Shown: positions 49,157 through 60,218, counted from the stretch's first letter. The stretch: DNA of 64,000 bases from an uncultured delta proteobacterium (GCA_963737905.1 CAVTUQ010000002.1:512001-576000), one strand, 5' to 3'. A program made the numbers and translations. Notes: a model not told the origin generated them from the sequence alone.

Positions 49157-50893
49157 ATGGATCAACATAGTCTTCTCTCTAATATCGGTCTCGTTTTTAC
49201 GATCGCGACTCTATTCGCATTCATCGCAAAAGCTCTGAAACAACCGTTGATTCTCGCCTACCTGGTCGCCGGAGTCGTCATTGGACCTGAGATCGGGTTC
49301 GCCTGGGTCGATAACAAAGAGACAATCGAGTTGATTTCGGAAATCGGCCTGATTCTTCTCCTGTTCATCATTGGATTGGAGATCGACCTGAAAAAGCTTC
49401 TGGGCGCGGGGCGGACGATTGTGATCACCGGCATTAGCCAGTTTCTTCTGTGTGTCGCCATGGGAATCGGGCTGGCGTTTTTAATGGGATTCGCGCGAGG
49501 GAGTGGCAATTTCGATTGGCTTTACCTGGCGGTTACGCTGGCCCTCAGCAGCACGTTGATCGTGGTGAAGCTCCTCTACGACAAATTCGAGCTTACGACG
49601 TTGCCTGGCCGGATCACCTTGGGCGTTCTAGTGTTTCAGGATATCTGGGCGATCGTCTTTCTCGCGCTCCAGCCGAATCTTCATGATCCCCGGCTTGTGT
49701 TGATTTTCGAGTCTTTCATAAAAGGAACAGGACTGGTTTTACTGACGTTGGGACTCAGCCGATACGCGCTGCCGCGCTTCTTTTCTTACGTGGCCAAGGT
49801 TCCTGAGCTGCTATTGATCGCGGCACTTGCCTGGTGTTTTTTTATCAGTGGCGCAGCCGATCTGCTCGGGCTTTCGCGTGAGATGGGAGCGCTCATCGCA
49901 GGCGTCAGCATGTCGACGTTTCCGTACAACGTCGACGTAATCTCCAAGGTTACCAATATCCGGGATTTTTTCGTCACTCTTTTCTTTGTCGCCCTGGGTA
50001 TGAAGATTCCCGAGCCTTCTTTTTCGATGGTAACCGCCGCCCTCGGCATGTCGCTCTTCGTTCTCGGGAGCCGTCTGCTGGCGGTTTTTCCGGTGCTCTA
50101 TCTTTTGGGAAACGGTTTGCGCGCAAGCTTGATACCATCTATCAACCTGGCGCAAATGAGTGAATTTTCCCTGGTCATCGCTTCTCTAGGTTTGACTCTC
50201 AAACACATCAGTCCGCAGCTTGTCGCAGCTCTCACCTTTGTCTTCGCCATCACTTCGGTTCTCTCCACCTACTTCATCGCCTACAATCACGAAATCCAGC
50301 GCTGGCTGACCCCGTTGTTTGGGAAGATCGGTTTTGCGACCGGCGGCGATTTCACCCCCGACGTGAGCGAGCGGGAGAAGGAGAACTCGATTGTGTTTCT
50401 TGGTTGTTTTCGCGAAGCCAGCTCCATCCTTCACGAGATGGAGCTACAGTCCAATGTCGATGGCATTCTTAGCCAGCTTCTGGTGATCGATTTCAACCCG
50501 CTGGTGCTTCAAGAGCTCAAACGCCGGGGGATCAAATGCCTGTACGGCGACGTGGCCCACATGGACACCCTGCATCACGCGCAGATTCAATCGGCAAAAA
50601 TCGTCGCTTGCACGATCTCGGACGCGATCCTGCGGGGAACAACCAATACGCGGTTGCTCCAGCAGGCGAGACGCCTTAGTCCGAAAGCACAGATCATCAC
50701 GGCGGCGGACGATATTCCATCAGCCGTAGAGCTATATGAACAGGGCGCCGATTTTGTTTACATTGCCAGGCTGCATTCGGCCCGCTATATGGCCGAACTG
50801 ATCGCGCGTGCAGTCCAGGACGAAAACGGCTTTAATGAATCCCGTGACAATGAGTTTCGGCTCTTGAAAGAGAGGAAAGAAGTTCTACAGTGA
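49157..50893 (+). CDS. CPA2 cation:proton antiporter with RCK domain (KefB/KefC-like)
   Basis: GLILLLFIIGLE, LSST.IVVK, LVFQD, RDFF..LFF, QMSEFS, IDFNP, YGD. Confidence 0.92.
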   Translation: MDQHSLLSNIGLVFTIATLFAFIAKALKQPLILAYLVAGVVIGPEIGFAWVDNKETIELISEIGLILLLFIIGLEIDLKKLLGAGRTIVITGISQFLLCVAMGIGLAFLMGFARGSGNFDWLYLAVTLALSSTLIVVKLLYDKFELTTLPGRITLGVLVFQDIWAIVFLALQPNLHDPRLVLIFESFIKGTGLVLLTLGLSRYALPRFFSYVAKVPELLLIAALAWCFFISGAADLLGLSREMGALIAGVSMSTFPYNVDVISKVTNIRDFFVTLFFVALGMKIPEPSFSMVTAALGMSLFVLGSRLLAVFPVLYLLGNGLRASLIPSINLAQMSEFSLVIASLGLTLKHISPQLVAALTFVFAITSVLSTYFIAYNHEIQRWLTPLFGKIGFATGGDFTPDVSEREKENSIVFLGCFREASSILHEMELQSNVDGILSQLLVIDFNPLVLQELKRRGIKCLYGDVAHMDTLHHAQIQSAKIVACTISDAILRGTTNTRLLQQARRLSPKAQIITAADDIPSAVELYEQGADFVYIARLHSARYMAELIARAVQDENGFNESRDNEFRLLKERKEVLQ

Positions 50894-50982
50894 GGCAGCC
50901 GGTCGGCGGCCATGGCCGTCTGTTGGAACAGTTTCCCTAGGTACAAAGATCACCATCGCGATTTATCCAGAAAGGTCATCTT

Positions 50983-51984
50983 ATGAAAACATGGAAATCG
51001 TCACTCCTAACGGTTGCCTTGCTTGGAATAGCACCGCTGATCTCTTGGTCCGCTGAATGGAATGATAAGGGCGAAGCCGAGGGCAAGGTTGTTTTCTATA
51101 CCACCGCCAATACCTCCGACGCCAAGGCCATGGGGGATAGCTTCAAGAAAATTTATCCCAAGATCGATGTCGAGTTTTACCGTTCGACGGATTCCCAACT
51201 GATGGAAAAAATCCTCAATGAGGCAAGAGCGGGAAAATCCTTTTGGGACGTAGTATCGACAACCGGATTTTACGGTTATCTCCTGAAGAAACGGGGAATG
51301 CTCGCCGCCTACGATTCGCCTGAACGAAAATACTACCGGGAAGGTTTCAAGGACCCTCAGGCATTCTGGACGTCAACTTATACGACCTATGCAGTTTTCG
51401 GTTACAACACGAAACTTGTCCCGAAAACGAGCATACCGCGTTCTCATGACGATCTCTTGAAACCCAATTGGAAAGGACAGGTCGGGTTAGAATCCAGGGC
51501 GTACGAGTGGTTTACTGCTACGATCAGTGGTATGGGCCGGGAAAAGGGGCTGGACTACATGCGCGCGCTCGCGAGCCAAAAGCCGCAGTTGCGCGTCGGC
51601 AGAACGCTGCTCGCCCAGTTGGTTGCGGCGGGCGAGTTCAACGGCGCTTTGACTTCCTACACCCACAATTTCGAAACGCTAAAAACCGGCGGGGCACCGG
51701 TCGATTGGATCGCGCTCCCACCCTCTTACGCCAACATCCACCCCTTAGGAGTTTCCGCCAAGGCACCGCACCCAAATGCAGCCAAACTGTTCATTGACTA
51801 TTCTCTTTCACAAAAGGGCCAGGAAGTCTTTCGCGCGCTCCGGCGGATTCCCGATCGCGTCGACACTCCGCCGGACCCGCCGACTCTGCTCAAGGGCGTC
51901 ACACCGGCCTTTACCGCGCCGGAAATTTACGACGACTTTGATCGCTATATAAAGCTTTTTCAGGAGATCTTCGGCGCCAACTAG
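50983..51984 (+). CDS. ABC substrate-binding protein (Fe3+/AfuA-like, cluster D)
   Basis: EGKVVFY, F.K.YP.I, YNTKLV, DLL.P.WKG, APHPNAAKLFIDY.LS..GQ. Confidence 0.88.
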   Translation: MKTWKSSLLTVALLGIAPLISWSAEWNDKGEAEGKVVFYTTANTSDAKAMGDSFKKIYPKIDVEFYRSTDSQLMEKILNEARAGKSFWDVVSTTGFYGYLLKKRGMLAAYDSPERKYYREGFKDPQAFWTSTYTTYAVFGYNTKLVPKTSIPRSHDDLLKPNWKGQVGLESRAYEWFTATISGMGREKGLDYMRALASQKPQLRVGRTLLAQLVAAGEFNGALTSYTHNFETLKTGGAPVDWIALPPSYANIHPLGVSAKAPHPNAAKLFIDYSLSQKGQEVFRALRRIPDRVDTPPDPPTLLKGVTPAFTAPEIYDDFDRYIKLFQEIFGAN

Positions 51985-52219
51985 TGTAAACGAAAGCGAT
52001 GATCAAGTGGATCAATAAGTTCTATCGCTAAAGATCCACGGGCTAGCCCGAAGTCCGGGCCGGAACAGAGCGACCCTGCCACTGAGCGTGCCTTGCCAGA
52101 GTTGCATCGGCCAGCATCGAATCCGGAAAGCCCCGAAGTCACCTTCATTCCAACCCTCGGCCGGCAGGGGGCCATCTGACTCTATATCGATGAGATCCTA
52201 CAGGTCTAAATTGTCGGAA

Positions 52220-52279
52220 CCCTTCGACTTCTCAGGGCGAAGGGCCGACGGAACCTTCGTGATGAAAGACGTCGAAGGG
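52220..52279. repeat. Inverted REP-like pair between convergent genes
   Basis: CCCTTCGACTTCTCAGGGCGAAGG ... CCTTCGTGATGAAAGACGTCGAAGGG. Confidence 0.65.
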
Positions 52280-52330
52280 AACCATGAACGTTGTCGCCAA
52301 CCAACTGTTACAATCGCGTGCTCCAACCGC

Positions 52331-53479
52331 CTACCGATATGCTTCGTCAGGCATATTGAAGTCTGCACCTTCCTTCGCCAATTGTTCTTGAAACATCTTG
52401 CGGATCTGCGGGTCCTCATCGCGGTACTCGATAGTGTCGCCGCCCTCTTTAATGTCGAGATTCAGACCACGCCAGTCTACACCCGGTATACCCTTGACTC
52501 GTCTGGCATACCCGCCCAGGAAGGCCAGCACACGTAAAGGCTCCTTGGATGCGCCGAAATGACCGTGGAACCAGCCGGCATCGCCGGGTGCCGCGCTCAC
52601 GATGCCGCCAGGCTTATAGTTCTGTCGCTGGACCAATTCGCCCTTGCCGTCCGCCCACGGCGTTGTTCCCGCTTCGCGGGGCCAGGTGATGGTGTAACCC
52701 TTGCCGCCCAAACACAGCAGCACCGGGCCGGCTTCATGGGCGTGACATCGGGAGTAGCGGCCGGGCGCGTACTGGGCGATGAACCCCCGAAAACTATTTC
52801 CGGACAGGCTCCAAAAGAAAGTTCGGTGACCAACGCCGCGTTGGCCATCTAGCGGCAACTCCACGCGGTCGGCGTCCGGGATAATATTGCCGTAATTGCG
52901 CGCCCGGCCGTGGAGCGGATCTTTGCCGAGCTCGGTATGCGCTTTGAAATAGTCCGCGCTGCCGTCGTAGCGATCCTTGAACTGGTACGGGTTATTGAAC
53001 AGCGCGTCCTCACTCCGGTACATGTGGAATATCGGCGGCGCGTTAGTCACGCCCAGTAACAAGGCTGGGCTCGAGGTTGCGTTGACGATCCGATGCCAGG
53101 TATTCAGCGGCGGCGAGAACAGGCTACCCGGCTGCCACTCGAAGGTCTGCTTTTTATCAGCATCGTCGCCGCTCCAGATCTCCGTCGTGCCGCGCCCCTC
53201 AAGCACGTAGAAAATCTCCTCGTACATGTGCTTTTCAGGAGTAATCGCACCCGCACCGGGCACTTCGATAACGTACACTCCCTGGAGCCCGCCGCAGCCA
53301 TTAAGCTCGATGAACGCCCCTTGAGCGCTCATGCGCTTCCAAGGACCCAAAGTCAGGTCGCGGATGTCGTAGAACCCCACCGTGCCGCGATGGATGGGGA
53401 GCCTTTGCTCCTCCATGTAAAGCTCATAGGGAGTGGCCTGCCGTATCCAGCGCTTGGTACCAACAAATTCTTGTTCCAT
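52331..53479 (-). CDS. Bicupin protein
   Basis: EKHMYEE..YV..GRG.T, PPLN.WH, HAH..G, WFH.HF. Confidence 0.87.
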   Translation of the reverse strand: MEQEFVGTKRWIRQATPYELYMEEQRLPIHRGTVGFYDIRDLTLGPWKRMSAQGAFIELNGCGGLQGVYVIEVPGAGAITPEKHMYEEIFYVLEGRGTTEIWSGDDADKKQTFEWQPGSLFSPPLNTWHRIVNATSSPALLLGVTNAPPIFHMYRSEDALFNNPYQFKDRYDGSADYFKAHTELGKDPLHGRARNYGNIIPDADRVELPLDGQRGVGHRTFFWSLSGNSFRGFIAQYAPGRYSRCHAHEAGPVLLCLGGKGYTITWPREAGTTPWADGKGELVQRQNYKPGGIVSAAPGDAGWFHGHFGASKEPLRVLAFLGGYARRVKGIPGVDWRGLNLDIKEGGDTIEYRDEDPQIRKMFQEQLAKEGADFNMPDEAYR

Positions 53480-53508
53480 ATTTAACGATCTCCTTTGTTT
53501 GATTGTGT

Positions 53509-55089
53509 CTAGAAACCCACTGCCTGCCCGTCGCGTCTCGGATCGCTGGCGGTGAAGTAGCCGCTGTCGAGCTTCCAGATCATCTGGCCGCAGCCGAACT
53601 GGTTGTAGTCGTCCACCTTCACGATGCAATGCCCGCGGTGCTTCAGCTCTTCGAGTGAGGCCGCGGGAAAGCCGTCCTCGACGCTCACCTCCATGCCCTC
53701 CACGACGCGGAAGCGCGGGCCGTCGCAGGCCGCCTGCGGGTTCTGGCCGTAGTCCGCGATGCGCACCATCACCTGCGTGTGACCCTGCGGTTGCATGGTG
53801 CCGCCCATCACGCCGAAGCTCATCACCGGCCGGCCATCTTTCGTGACGAAGCCGGGAATGATGGTCTGGTACGGGCGCTTGCCGGGCCCGACACAGTTGG
53901 GGTGGTCCGGATCGAGCACGAAGCCGGAACCGCGATTCTGCAGCGATATGCCGTCCACCACCACGCCCGAGCCGAAGCCCGCGTAGTTCGACTGGATGAA
54001 AGAGACCATCATCCCGGAGGCATCGGCGGCGGTGAGGTACACGGTGCCGCCTTTCGGCGGGTTGCCGTGGCCGAAATCCTGCGCCCGCTTCGGATCGATG
54101 AGCTTCGACCTCGACTTCAGGTATTCCCTGTCGAGCAGCGCCTGCGGGCGCACGTCCATATGGTCGATGTCGGCCACGTAGCGCCAGGCGTCCGCGAAGG
54201 CGAGCTTCACCGCCTCGATCTGCAAGTGCAGGCTGTCGGGGCCATCCACCGGGTGCGAGCGCAGGTCGAAGTTATCGAGGATGCCGAGTGCGATCAGCGC
54301 GACGATCCCCTGGCCGTTGGGCGGGATCTCGTGCAAGGTGTAGCCGCGATAGTCCATCTCGAGCGGCTTCACCCAGTCGGGCCGGTGCGCCGCCAGGTCC
54401 GAGGCGCGCAGCGCGCCACCCTGCTTTTTCGCCGCCGCCTCGAGCTTTGCGGCAAGCTCGCCGCGATAGAATGCCTTTCCCTTCGTGGCGGCGATCTTTT
54501 CAAGAGCCAAGGCATGTTTCTTGAAAACGAATTTTTCTCCGGCGCGAGGCGCGCGTCCTTCCGGGAGGAACGCCTGGGCGAAGCCGGGCTGGTCCTTCAG
54601 TTTATCGACCTGAGCCTGCCACTGCCCCGCGATGGTCGGCGAGACGAGAAAGCCCTCGCGGCCGTAGCGGATCGCCTGCTCGAAAAGCTTCCGGAACGGC
54701 AGCTTGCCGAACTTGCCGTGCAGCTCGACCCACGCGGACACGCAGCCCGGCACGGTGACCGCGTCCCAGCCGCGCTGCGGCATGGCCGTCTTGCCGTGGA
54801 AGTAGTCGGCCGTCCACGCGGCCGGCGAGCGCCCCGAGGCGTTTAGGCCGTGCAGCTTGTGCCCGTCCCACACGAGCGCGTAGGCATCCGAGCCGATGCC
54901 GTTCGACACCGGCTCGACCAAGGTCAGCGTGATCGCAGTGGCGAGGATCGCGTCCACCGCGTTGCCGCCGGCGGCAAGCATCTGCAACCCCGCCTGTGCG
55001 GCGAGCGGCTGGGAAGTGGCGACGACGTTCTGAGCGAGCAGCGGCTTGCGCGGCCAGGCGTAGGGGTTAATCCAGGAAAAGGGAGTCAT
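53509..55089 (-). CDS. ggt: Gamma-glutamyltransferase family (Ntn hydrolase)
   Basis: VATSQPLA, GGNAVDA, NASGRSP, VTVPG, PPNGQG, GT(nucleophile)VYL, QNRG, GVMGG..QPQG, SDPRRDG. Confidence 0.94.
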   Translation of the reverse strand: MTPFSWINPYAWPRKPLLAQNVVATSQPLAAQAGLQMLAAGGNAVDAILATAITLTLVEPVSNGIGSDAYALVWDGHKLHGLNASGRSPAAWTADYFHGKTAMPQRGWDAVTVPGCVSAWVELHGKFGKLPFRKLFEQAIRYGREGFLVSPTIAGQWQAQVDKLKDQPGFAQAFLPEGRAPRAGEKFVFKKHALALEKIAATKGKAFYRGELAAKLEAAAKKQGGALRASDLAAHRPDWVKPLEMDYRGYTLHEIPPNGQGIVALIALGILDNFDLRSHPVDGPDSLHLQIEAVKLAFADAWRYVADIDHMDVRPQALLDREYLKSRSKLIDPKRAQDFGHGNPPKGGTVYLTAADASGMMVSFIQSNYAGFGSGVVVDGISLQNRGSGFVLDPDHPNCVGPGKRPYQTIIPGFVTKDGRPVMSFGVMGGTMQPQGHTQVMVRIADYGQNPQAACDGPRFRVVEGMEVSVEDGFPAASLEELKHRGHCIVKVDDYNQFGCGQMIWKLDSGYFTASDPRRDGQAVGF

Positions 55090-55148
55090 TGCAACGTTTC
55101 GAAGTTGAGCACGACCCGACCGACTATCCTGCCGGCGTTCAAGTTCAG

Positions 55149-55200
55149 GCTTGGTACCGATAAAATCTTGGTCCATGTTTTGATTGCCTCCGTTGATTGT
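55149..55200 (-). pseudogene. RBS plus the first ~9 codons of a paralog of the 53479 cupin
   Basis: MDQDFIGTK versus MEQEFVGTK; 24/28 nt identical to 53452-53479; GGAGG upstream. Confidence 0.6.
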
Positions 55201-55508
55201 CCTGTTTGTCGCACTGAAAGTCGGGTCAATGCAAGTGGTTTCTATCTCGCGCGTATCGCGGGCTCGTGATTGACGCTATCACTGGCGATCTCGCTTTTTT
55301 TTCCAAGTCGCCTGAGATATTATTCCGCTATGGCAAAACGATCTCGGCCGCCATCGAGTTGGCCCGGTCGTCGACGTAAAATTCGACGCGCCGCTGCCTT
55401 AATTTCATCGTTTTTCTATGTGAATTTATATGTTGCACGGGTATCCGTGCGGGAGTAGAGTCTATAAAAAGCTCATTGCTTGGGCAACTCAATTAGGAGG
55501 ATCAAACC

Positions 55509-56268
55509 ATGGCTAAAAACATGACCCTGGACGAGCGCGCGGATGCACTCGAACGCAAGATGAGCGACGAGCTCGATGTGCTGCTTTCGAAATCGGCGCT
55601 GTTCAATATGGCGGACGGCAAGCTCGGCGCGTCCAATATGGGTTCTGACCTCGCGGCGTAGACACGGTAAGTATTATTTGATGGCCGACGATCCGCGTCT
55701 GCCGAAAATGCCGGCCAAGCCGACCCTCGCCGATTTTTTTGATTATCGCGCCAAGGGCATCAACCATTTGCTGCAAAGCGCGACCCACGCGCTGAAGGCG
55801 TCCATGCCCGAGAAGACGATTCTCGCCTGCCTGGTGCACGATATCTCCAACGCGATCTTCATCAAAAGCGACCACGGCTATTGGGGCGCGCAGCTGGTCG
55901 AGCCTTATGTCGACGAGGAGGTGAGCTGGGCGATCCGCGCGCACCAGGCGCTGCGATTCTTCCCTGACGAATCAGTGGGCTATTCGTATCCGGAAATGTA
56001 CGTCAAAAATTTCGGGCCGGACTACGTGCCCGACGACTACATCAAGGAAGCCTACAAACGCGCCCGCAACCACAAGTGGTACATGACCGCGCGCATGATC
56101 ACCGTTCACGACATCTACTCCTTCGATCCCAACGCGGTGGTGAGCTGGGAACCCTTTATCGACATTGTCGCGCGTAACTTCAAGCAGCCGGAGGAGGGCC
56201 TGGGCTTTGACAATAGCCCGGTCTCGCACATGTGGCGCACGATCCGGCGTCCGACAAAGTATCTCTAA
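55509..56268 (+). CDS. HD-domain protein, frameshift near 55650
   Basis: AGGAGG RBS and ATG at 55509; HLLQSA, ACLVHDI, DH, H..LRF, HD.YSFD in the +1 frame. Confidence 0.78.
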
Positions 56269-56284
56269 GGCTTAAGACAGCGGC

Positions 56285-56402
56285 CTGTTCCAATCGTTCC
56301 AAAACCCTGCCCTGAGATCTATCGAAGGGCTCGACCGCTTTCGCTCACTTGATAGCGCAGCCGGATCCAGACGTTTCACCGCGCTCTGTTCAAATCGTTC
56401 GA
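56285..56402. repeat. Inverted copy of the 7787-7972 repeat family
   Basis: Reverse complement GAAAGCGGTCGAGCCCTTCGATAGATCTCAGGGCAGGGTTTTGGAACGATTGGAAC matches 7915-7970. Confidence 0.75.
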
Positions 56403-56460
56403 GGAACTAAAAGCAAAGAAGGAATTTTTCCGCAAGATCGGTATGGACAAAGAGGCGCAC

Positions 56461-57594
56461 ATGATTAAGGCGTGGGACGCGGACGGGCATGTCTCGGAAT
56501 CCGAAGTGACGTTCTCAGACAAATACTGGGATCCTAAATTGAAGGATCGAAGACCGAGCATTGTGGAGACCGGCCCGGACGGCCCGCTCTACTGGATGAT
56601 CGATACCCGCTCCTTTCCCGTAAGAAGCGGGCCTTATCAGCAAGCCGGCTTTCCGCTCAGCAAGAACGGCGTCGCGGCAAAAGTCACGCCGGGAATCAGT
56701 TCTCATGACCCCGTCGAAAGCGCGGAAATGCGCTCCGTCAAAGCTCGCCTTGAACAATTGGACCGGGAGAATACCGAAGTTCAAGTGATCTATCCCACGA
56801 TGTTTCTCTCCTATCCGATCACCTATGATCGGGATTTGGCCGTGGCGATGATGTGCGCCTACAATAGCTGGGTCGCCGACCTCACCAGCCAATGTCCAGA
56901 CCGCCTGAAGTGGGTCACTATGATCGACCCCGTCGATCCGCAAGCGTCGGTTCGGGAAATCGAGCGAGGCAAGGAACTGGGAGCGATAGCCGTAATGCTT
57001 CTCGGCGTCACCGGAGACGTGAGAATCGACGACCCGCCCATGGAGCCGATTTGGGCCGCGGCCAACGATACCGGGCTTCCCGTAGCGGTGCATACCGGAC
57101 ACAGCTTTCGCGCGCTCGGCCGGGTTAACGACACGCACCATGACAAGACGGCACTATCCTTTTGGCTGACCGTGCAGTTCGCCTTCCACCGCGTGATCTC
57201 GAAAGGGATCGCCGACCGCTACCCGAACTTGAGGATCGCGTTTCTCGAAGCCGGTTGCTCCTGGGTGCCCGCCTTGGTGGAGCGAATCGAAGAATACAGT
57301 GGCTTTCCCGGGGCGCGGGCAGGAGTTGATTTTCACAGGGGCTACAAGGGTAAGCATCTCCCCAAAGAATACATCGAGCGCGGACAGATTTACTTCGGCT
57401 TCGAGGTCGATGAGAAACTGCTGCCGTTCGCCATCGAAGAGTTCGGCGACCAATGCTGGGTTTATGGCTCGGATATCCCTCACGGAGACCGCCTCTACGG
57501 CGCGGTCGATGTCTTCCTCAAGCGAAACGATATCGGCGAGGAGAGCAAGCGAAAGCTGCTCGTTGATAACACAGCGCGCTTTTACGGGCTTTAG
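56461..57594 (+). CDS. Amidohydrolase_2 family protein
   Basis: DADGH, IYPT, AYN.W, AVH, LEAG.SW, GSDIPH, NTARFYG. Confidence 0.9.
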   Translation: MIKAWDADGHVSESEVTFSDKYWDPKLKDRRPSIVETGPDGPLYWMIDTRSFPVRSGPYQQAGFPLSKNGVAAKVTPGISSHDPVESAEMRSVKARLEQLDRENTEVQVIYPTMFLSYPITYDRDLAVAMMCAYNSWVADLTSQCPDRLKWVTMIDPVDPQASVREIERGKELGAIAVMLLGVTGDVRIDDPPMEPIWAAANDTGLPVAVHTGHSFRALGRVNDTHHDKTALSFWLTVQFAFHRVISKGIADRYPNLRIAFLEAGCSWVPALVERIEEYSGFPGARAGVDFHRGYKGKHLPKEYIERGQIYFGFEVDEKLLPFAIEEFGDQCWVYGSDIPHGDRLYGAVDVFLKRNDIGEESKRKLLVDNTARFYGL

Positions 57595-57759
57595 GGAATT
57601 TCTTCTGTTAGTCGCCTTGCAAATTACTCCTATAGTGGTGTATGCGTCTCGGCATCGACTAGCCGTTATGAGATTGGGCGAGCCGTCGGCTTATCAGCGA
57701 CTGGAAAGTCTTTTTCGCACCAGGTAAGGAGGCTCTCAGACAGATAGTAGGAGGCGTTT

Positions 57760-58872
57760 ATGGTTGCTTCTAGCGAAGAAGGCTCCGTCATAAAGTACGT
57801 CGTTATAGATTCCGATTCGCATGTTGTGGAGACTGAGCGCACCTGGCAGTTCATGGATCCGGACGATGAAAAGTACCGCCCGGTTTTGGCGCCGCATCCA
57901 AAGGATCCTCACACACAGTGGTGGATCATCAACGGGCAGGCCCGCGGCTTGAGATTCCCCACGCTAACGGAAGAAGAGATGGAAGAGCGGTCAAAACAGC
58001 TCGGCAGAGATCTCGTCACTCCGATTGGCGCGCGGGAGGGCGACGATGTCGAGCGGCGGATGCGTCACATGGACCGTTTGGGCATCGATGTTCAGGTGAT
58101 GATCCACACTTTGTGGACGGTGCCAGTGACCGACCGCCCGGAAGTGGAACTGGCTCTATGCAAAAGCTGGAACCGGTGGGTAGCCGAGATGTGGCGGCTT
58201 AGTGGTGGACGTTTGCGGTGGTGCGCGGTGCCCCCTCTCATGAGCATGGATGAATCGGTTAAGTCGCTTGAGTGGGCGAAGGACCATGGGGCTGTGGGCG
58301 TTTCCATGCCGCCGATCATCGGGAAAAAACTATTGATCGATCCGTATTTCCATCCTCTTTACCGAGAAGCGGAACGTTTGGATATGGTTATTGCGGTCCA
58401 TATCGGCAACGGAAACGAGGAGATCGTTGCTTTGACTCAACCCGCTTATGATGCGGACTCCTTTGGCCTCATGCGTTTTCGTCTCGTCACCGCCGGCGCT
58501 TGTGAAGGGCTGATCGAAAGCCGGCTCCCGCTTAAGTTCCCGAAGCTTCGCTGGGCGTTTATCGAGGCCGGTTCGATGTGGCTTCCTTGGATGATCCACG
58601 AAGCGAAGCGCCGCATGGCGCAGAGGGGAACGCCTTTGCCCGACGATGTTCTGAAAGCGTTCAATATTTTTGTCACCTGTCAAAACAACGATGAGCTCAC
58701 GTACACCTATCCGTTTGGTCCGGACAATATCGTGATTGGCAGCGATTACGGCCACTATGATGGCTCCAGCCAGATGGACGCCACCCTTATCATGCGTCAG
58801 CGGACCGACATTGACGAACAAGTAAAGCGCAAAATTCTTTGTGACAACGCAAAACGGCTCTGGGGACTGTAG
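57760..58872 (+). CDS. Amidohydrolase_2 family protein
   Basis: IDSDSH, WNRW, AVH, IEAG..W, GSDYGH, NA.RL.G. Confidence 0.9.
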   Translation: MVASSEEGSVIKYVVIDSDSHVVETERTWQFMDPDDEKYRPVLAPHPKDPHTQWWIINGQARGLRFPTLTEEEMEERSKQLGRDLVTPIGAREGDDVERRMRHMDRLGIDVQVMIHTLWTVPVTDRPEVELALCKSWNRWVAEMWRLSGGRLRWCAVPPLMSMDESVKSLEWAKDHGAVGVSMPPIIGKKLLIDPYFHPLYREAERLDMVIAVHIGNGNEEIVALTQPAYDADSFGLMRFRLVTAGACEGLIESRLPLKFPKLRWAFIEAGSMWLPWMIHEAKRRMAQRGTPLPDDVLKAFNIFVTCQNNDELTYTYPFGPDNIVIGSDYGHYDGSSQMDATLIMRQRTDIDEQVKRKILCDNAKRLWGL

Positions 58873-58991
58873 CTTCGCCCGGGTAGACCCCGGGTCAGAC
58901 CCCGCCCACCGATTGATCTTTTGTTGGCAAGTTTGGTCGATTGGTCCTTGGGGTCGCCCCAACGATATTTTCTCCGTTGCCGCTACCCTGG

Positions 58992-60218
58992 TTATCCACG
59001 CCACAGCTCGCCGGTCGCCAATCGGGCGCCCTCGGCTAACGCGTAGAGTTTCGCAAAGGCGAGGTTGGCATCGGGGAGATGGCGCAAACCGCAATCGGTA
59101 CAGGCAATGACGTTTTCTTTGCCGACTAGTTTGGCGAAGCGAACGATGCGCTCGGCGACCAACTCCGGATGTTCGATGAAATAGGTGGTATCGTCGATCA
59201 CCCCGGGGAAGAGAATTTTTCCTTCCGGCAACTTTATCTCTTGCCAGATCTTCCATTCATGGCCATGGCGCGGGTTGGCTGATTCGATGGTGATCCCCGC
59301 GACGGTGCATTTAAGCACGATATCGATGACATCGCTCAGTGCGATGTCGCGGTGGTGCGGCCCTTCGTAGTTGCCCCAGCAAACATGGATGCGCACCTGT
59401 TCGGATGGAATCGTCTTGAGCGCGTAATTGAGACATTCGACATGTTGTTCGATGACTTTACGAAACTGCTTGACGCTCAGACCGGCGTAGTCCGTATTGG
59501 CGCCGGAGGCCAGGTCCGGGCAGTCGAGTTGCAAGACGAAACCGGCATCGACGATGGCTTGGTACTCTCGGCGCATGACGTCGGCGACTGCCTGCATATA
59601 GGTTTCTTCGTTGCGGTAAAATTCGTTTCTGAAAAAGCGCACAAAACAACCGGGTGAAAGCGCCGACATAAAGACGTCGTAGGGTTGGCTCGCGCTCACG
59701 GCCGCGGCCAATCGAGCAATATCGGTTTGGACTGCATCGAAATCCCGCCAGCCCAGGGGACCCGTGCAGACATAGGCCATGCCGCCCCTGTCGTGACCGT
59801 CGCTCTGGCTGCGCGCCAGATCATGAAACTCGGCGATGTCGGTACGGTAGTGGCGCGGAGCGCCTTCAATATCGACTCTCGCCATGCCGGTTTCGCGCGG
59901 CCGAACGATGCCTCGGGCAACGCTCCAAGGCTCGGCGCTCCGCGCCCGGGAGCGCGGCTTTCTTTCGAGGCCGCTGACGCGGTGCACGACATAGTCGTTC
60001 CACGATGTTTTGCTTAACTCGCCGTCGTCGACGATATCGACGCCGACTTCGATTTGGCGCCGGACCACCTCGCCAATAGCCGTGGTCAGCGCGGCATCGA
60101 TCACTGCCTGATCGTACGCCTCGCCCCTGCGCTTGGCTGCGAGGGCTTGGCGAACCAGCGCCGGCAGCGGCAGGCTGCCGGTATGGGTGGTGAGAATGCG
60201 ATCGGTGCTGCGCTTCAT
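58992..60218 (-). CDS. Cobalamin-independent methionine synthase II / epoxyalkane:CoM transferase family
   Basis: ILTTHTGSL, DGE..K, LQLD.P, HVCWGN, E.ANPRH.HE, PGVI, TDCG. Confidence 0.9.
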   Translation of the reverse strand: MKRSTDRILTTHTGSLPLPALVRQALAAKRRGEAYDQAVIDAALTTAIGEVVRRQIEVGVDIVDDGELSKTSWNDYVVHRVSGLERKPRSRARSAEPWSVARGIVRPRETGMARVDIEGAPRHYRTDIAEFHDLARSQSDGHDRGGMAYVCTGPLGWRDFDAVQTDIARLAAAVSASQPYDVFMSALSPGCFVRFFRNEFYRNEETYMQAVADVMRREYQAIVDAGFVLQLDCPDLASGANTDYAGLSVKQFRKVIEQHVECLNYALKTIPSEQVRIHVCWGNYEGPHHRDIALSDVIDIVLKCTVAGITIESANPRHGHEWKIWQEIKLPEGKILFPGVIDDTTYFIEHPELVAERIVRFAKLVGKENVIACTDCGLRHLPDANLAFAKLYALAEGARLATGELWRG

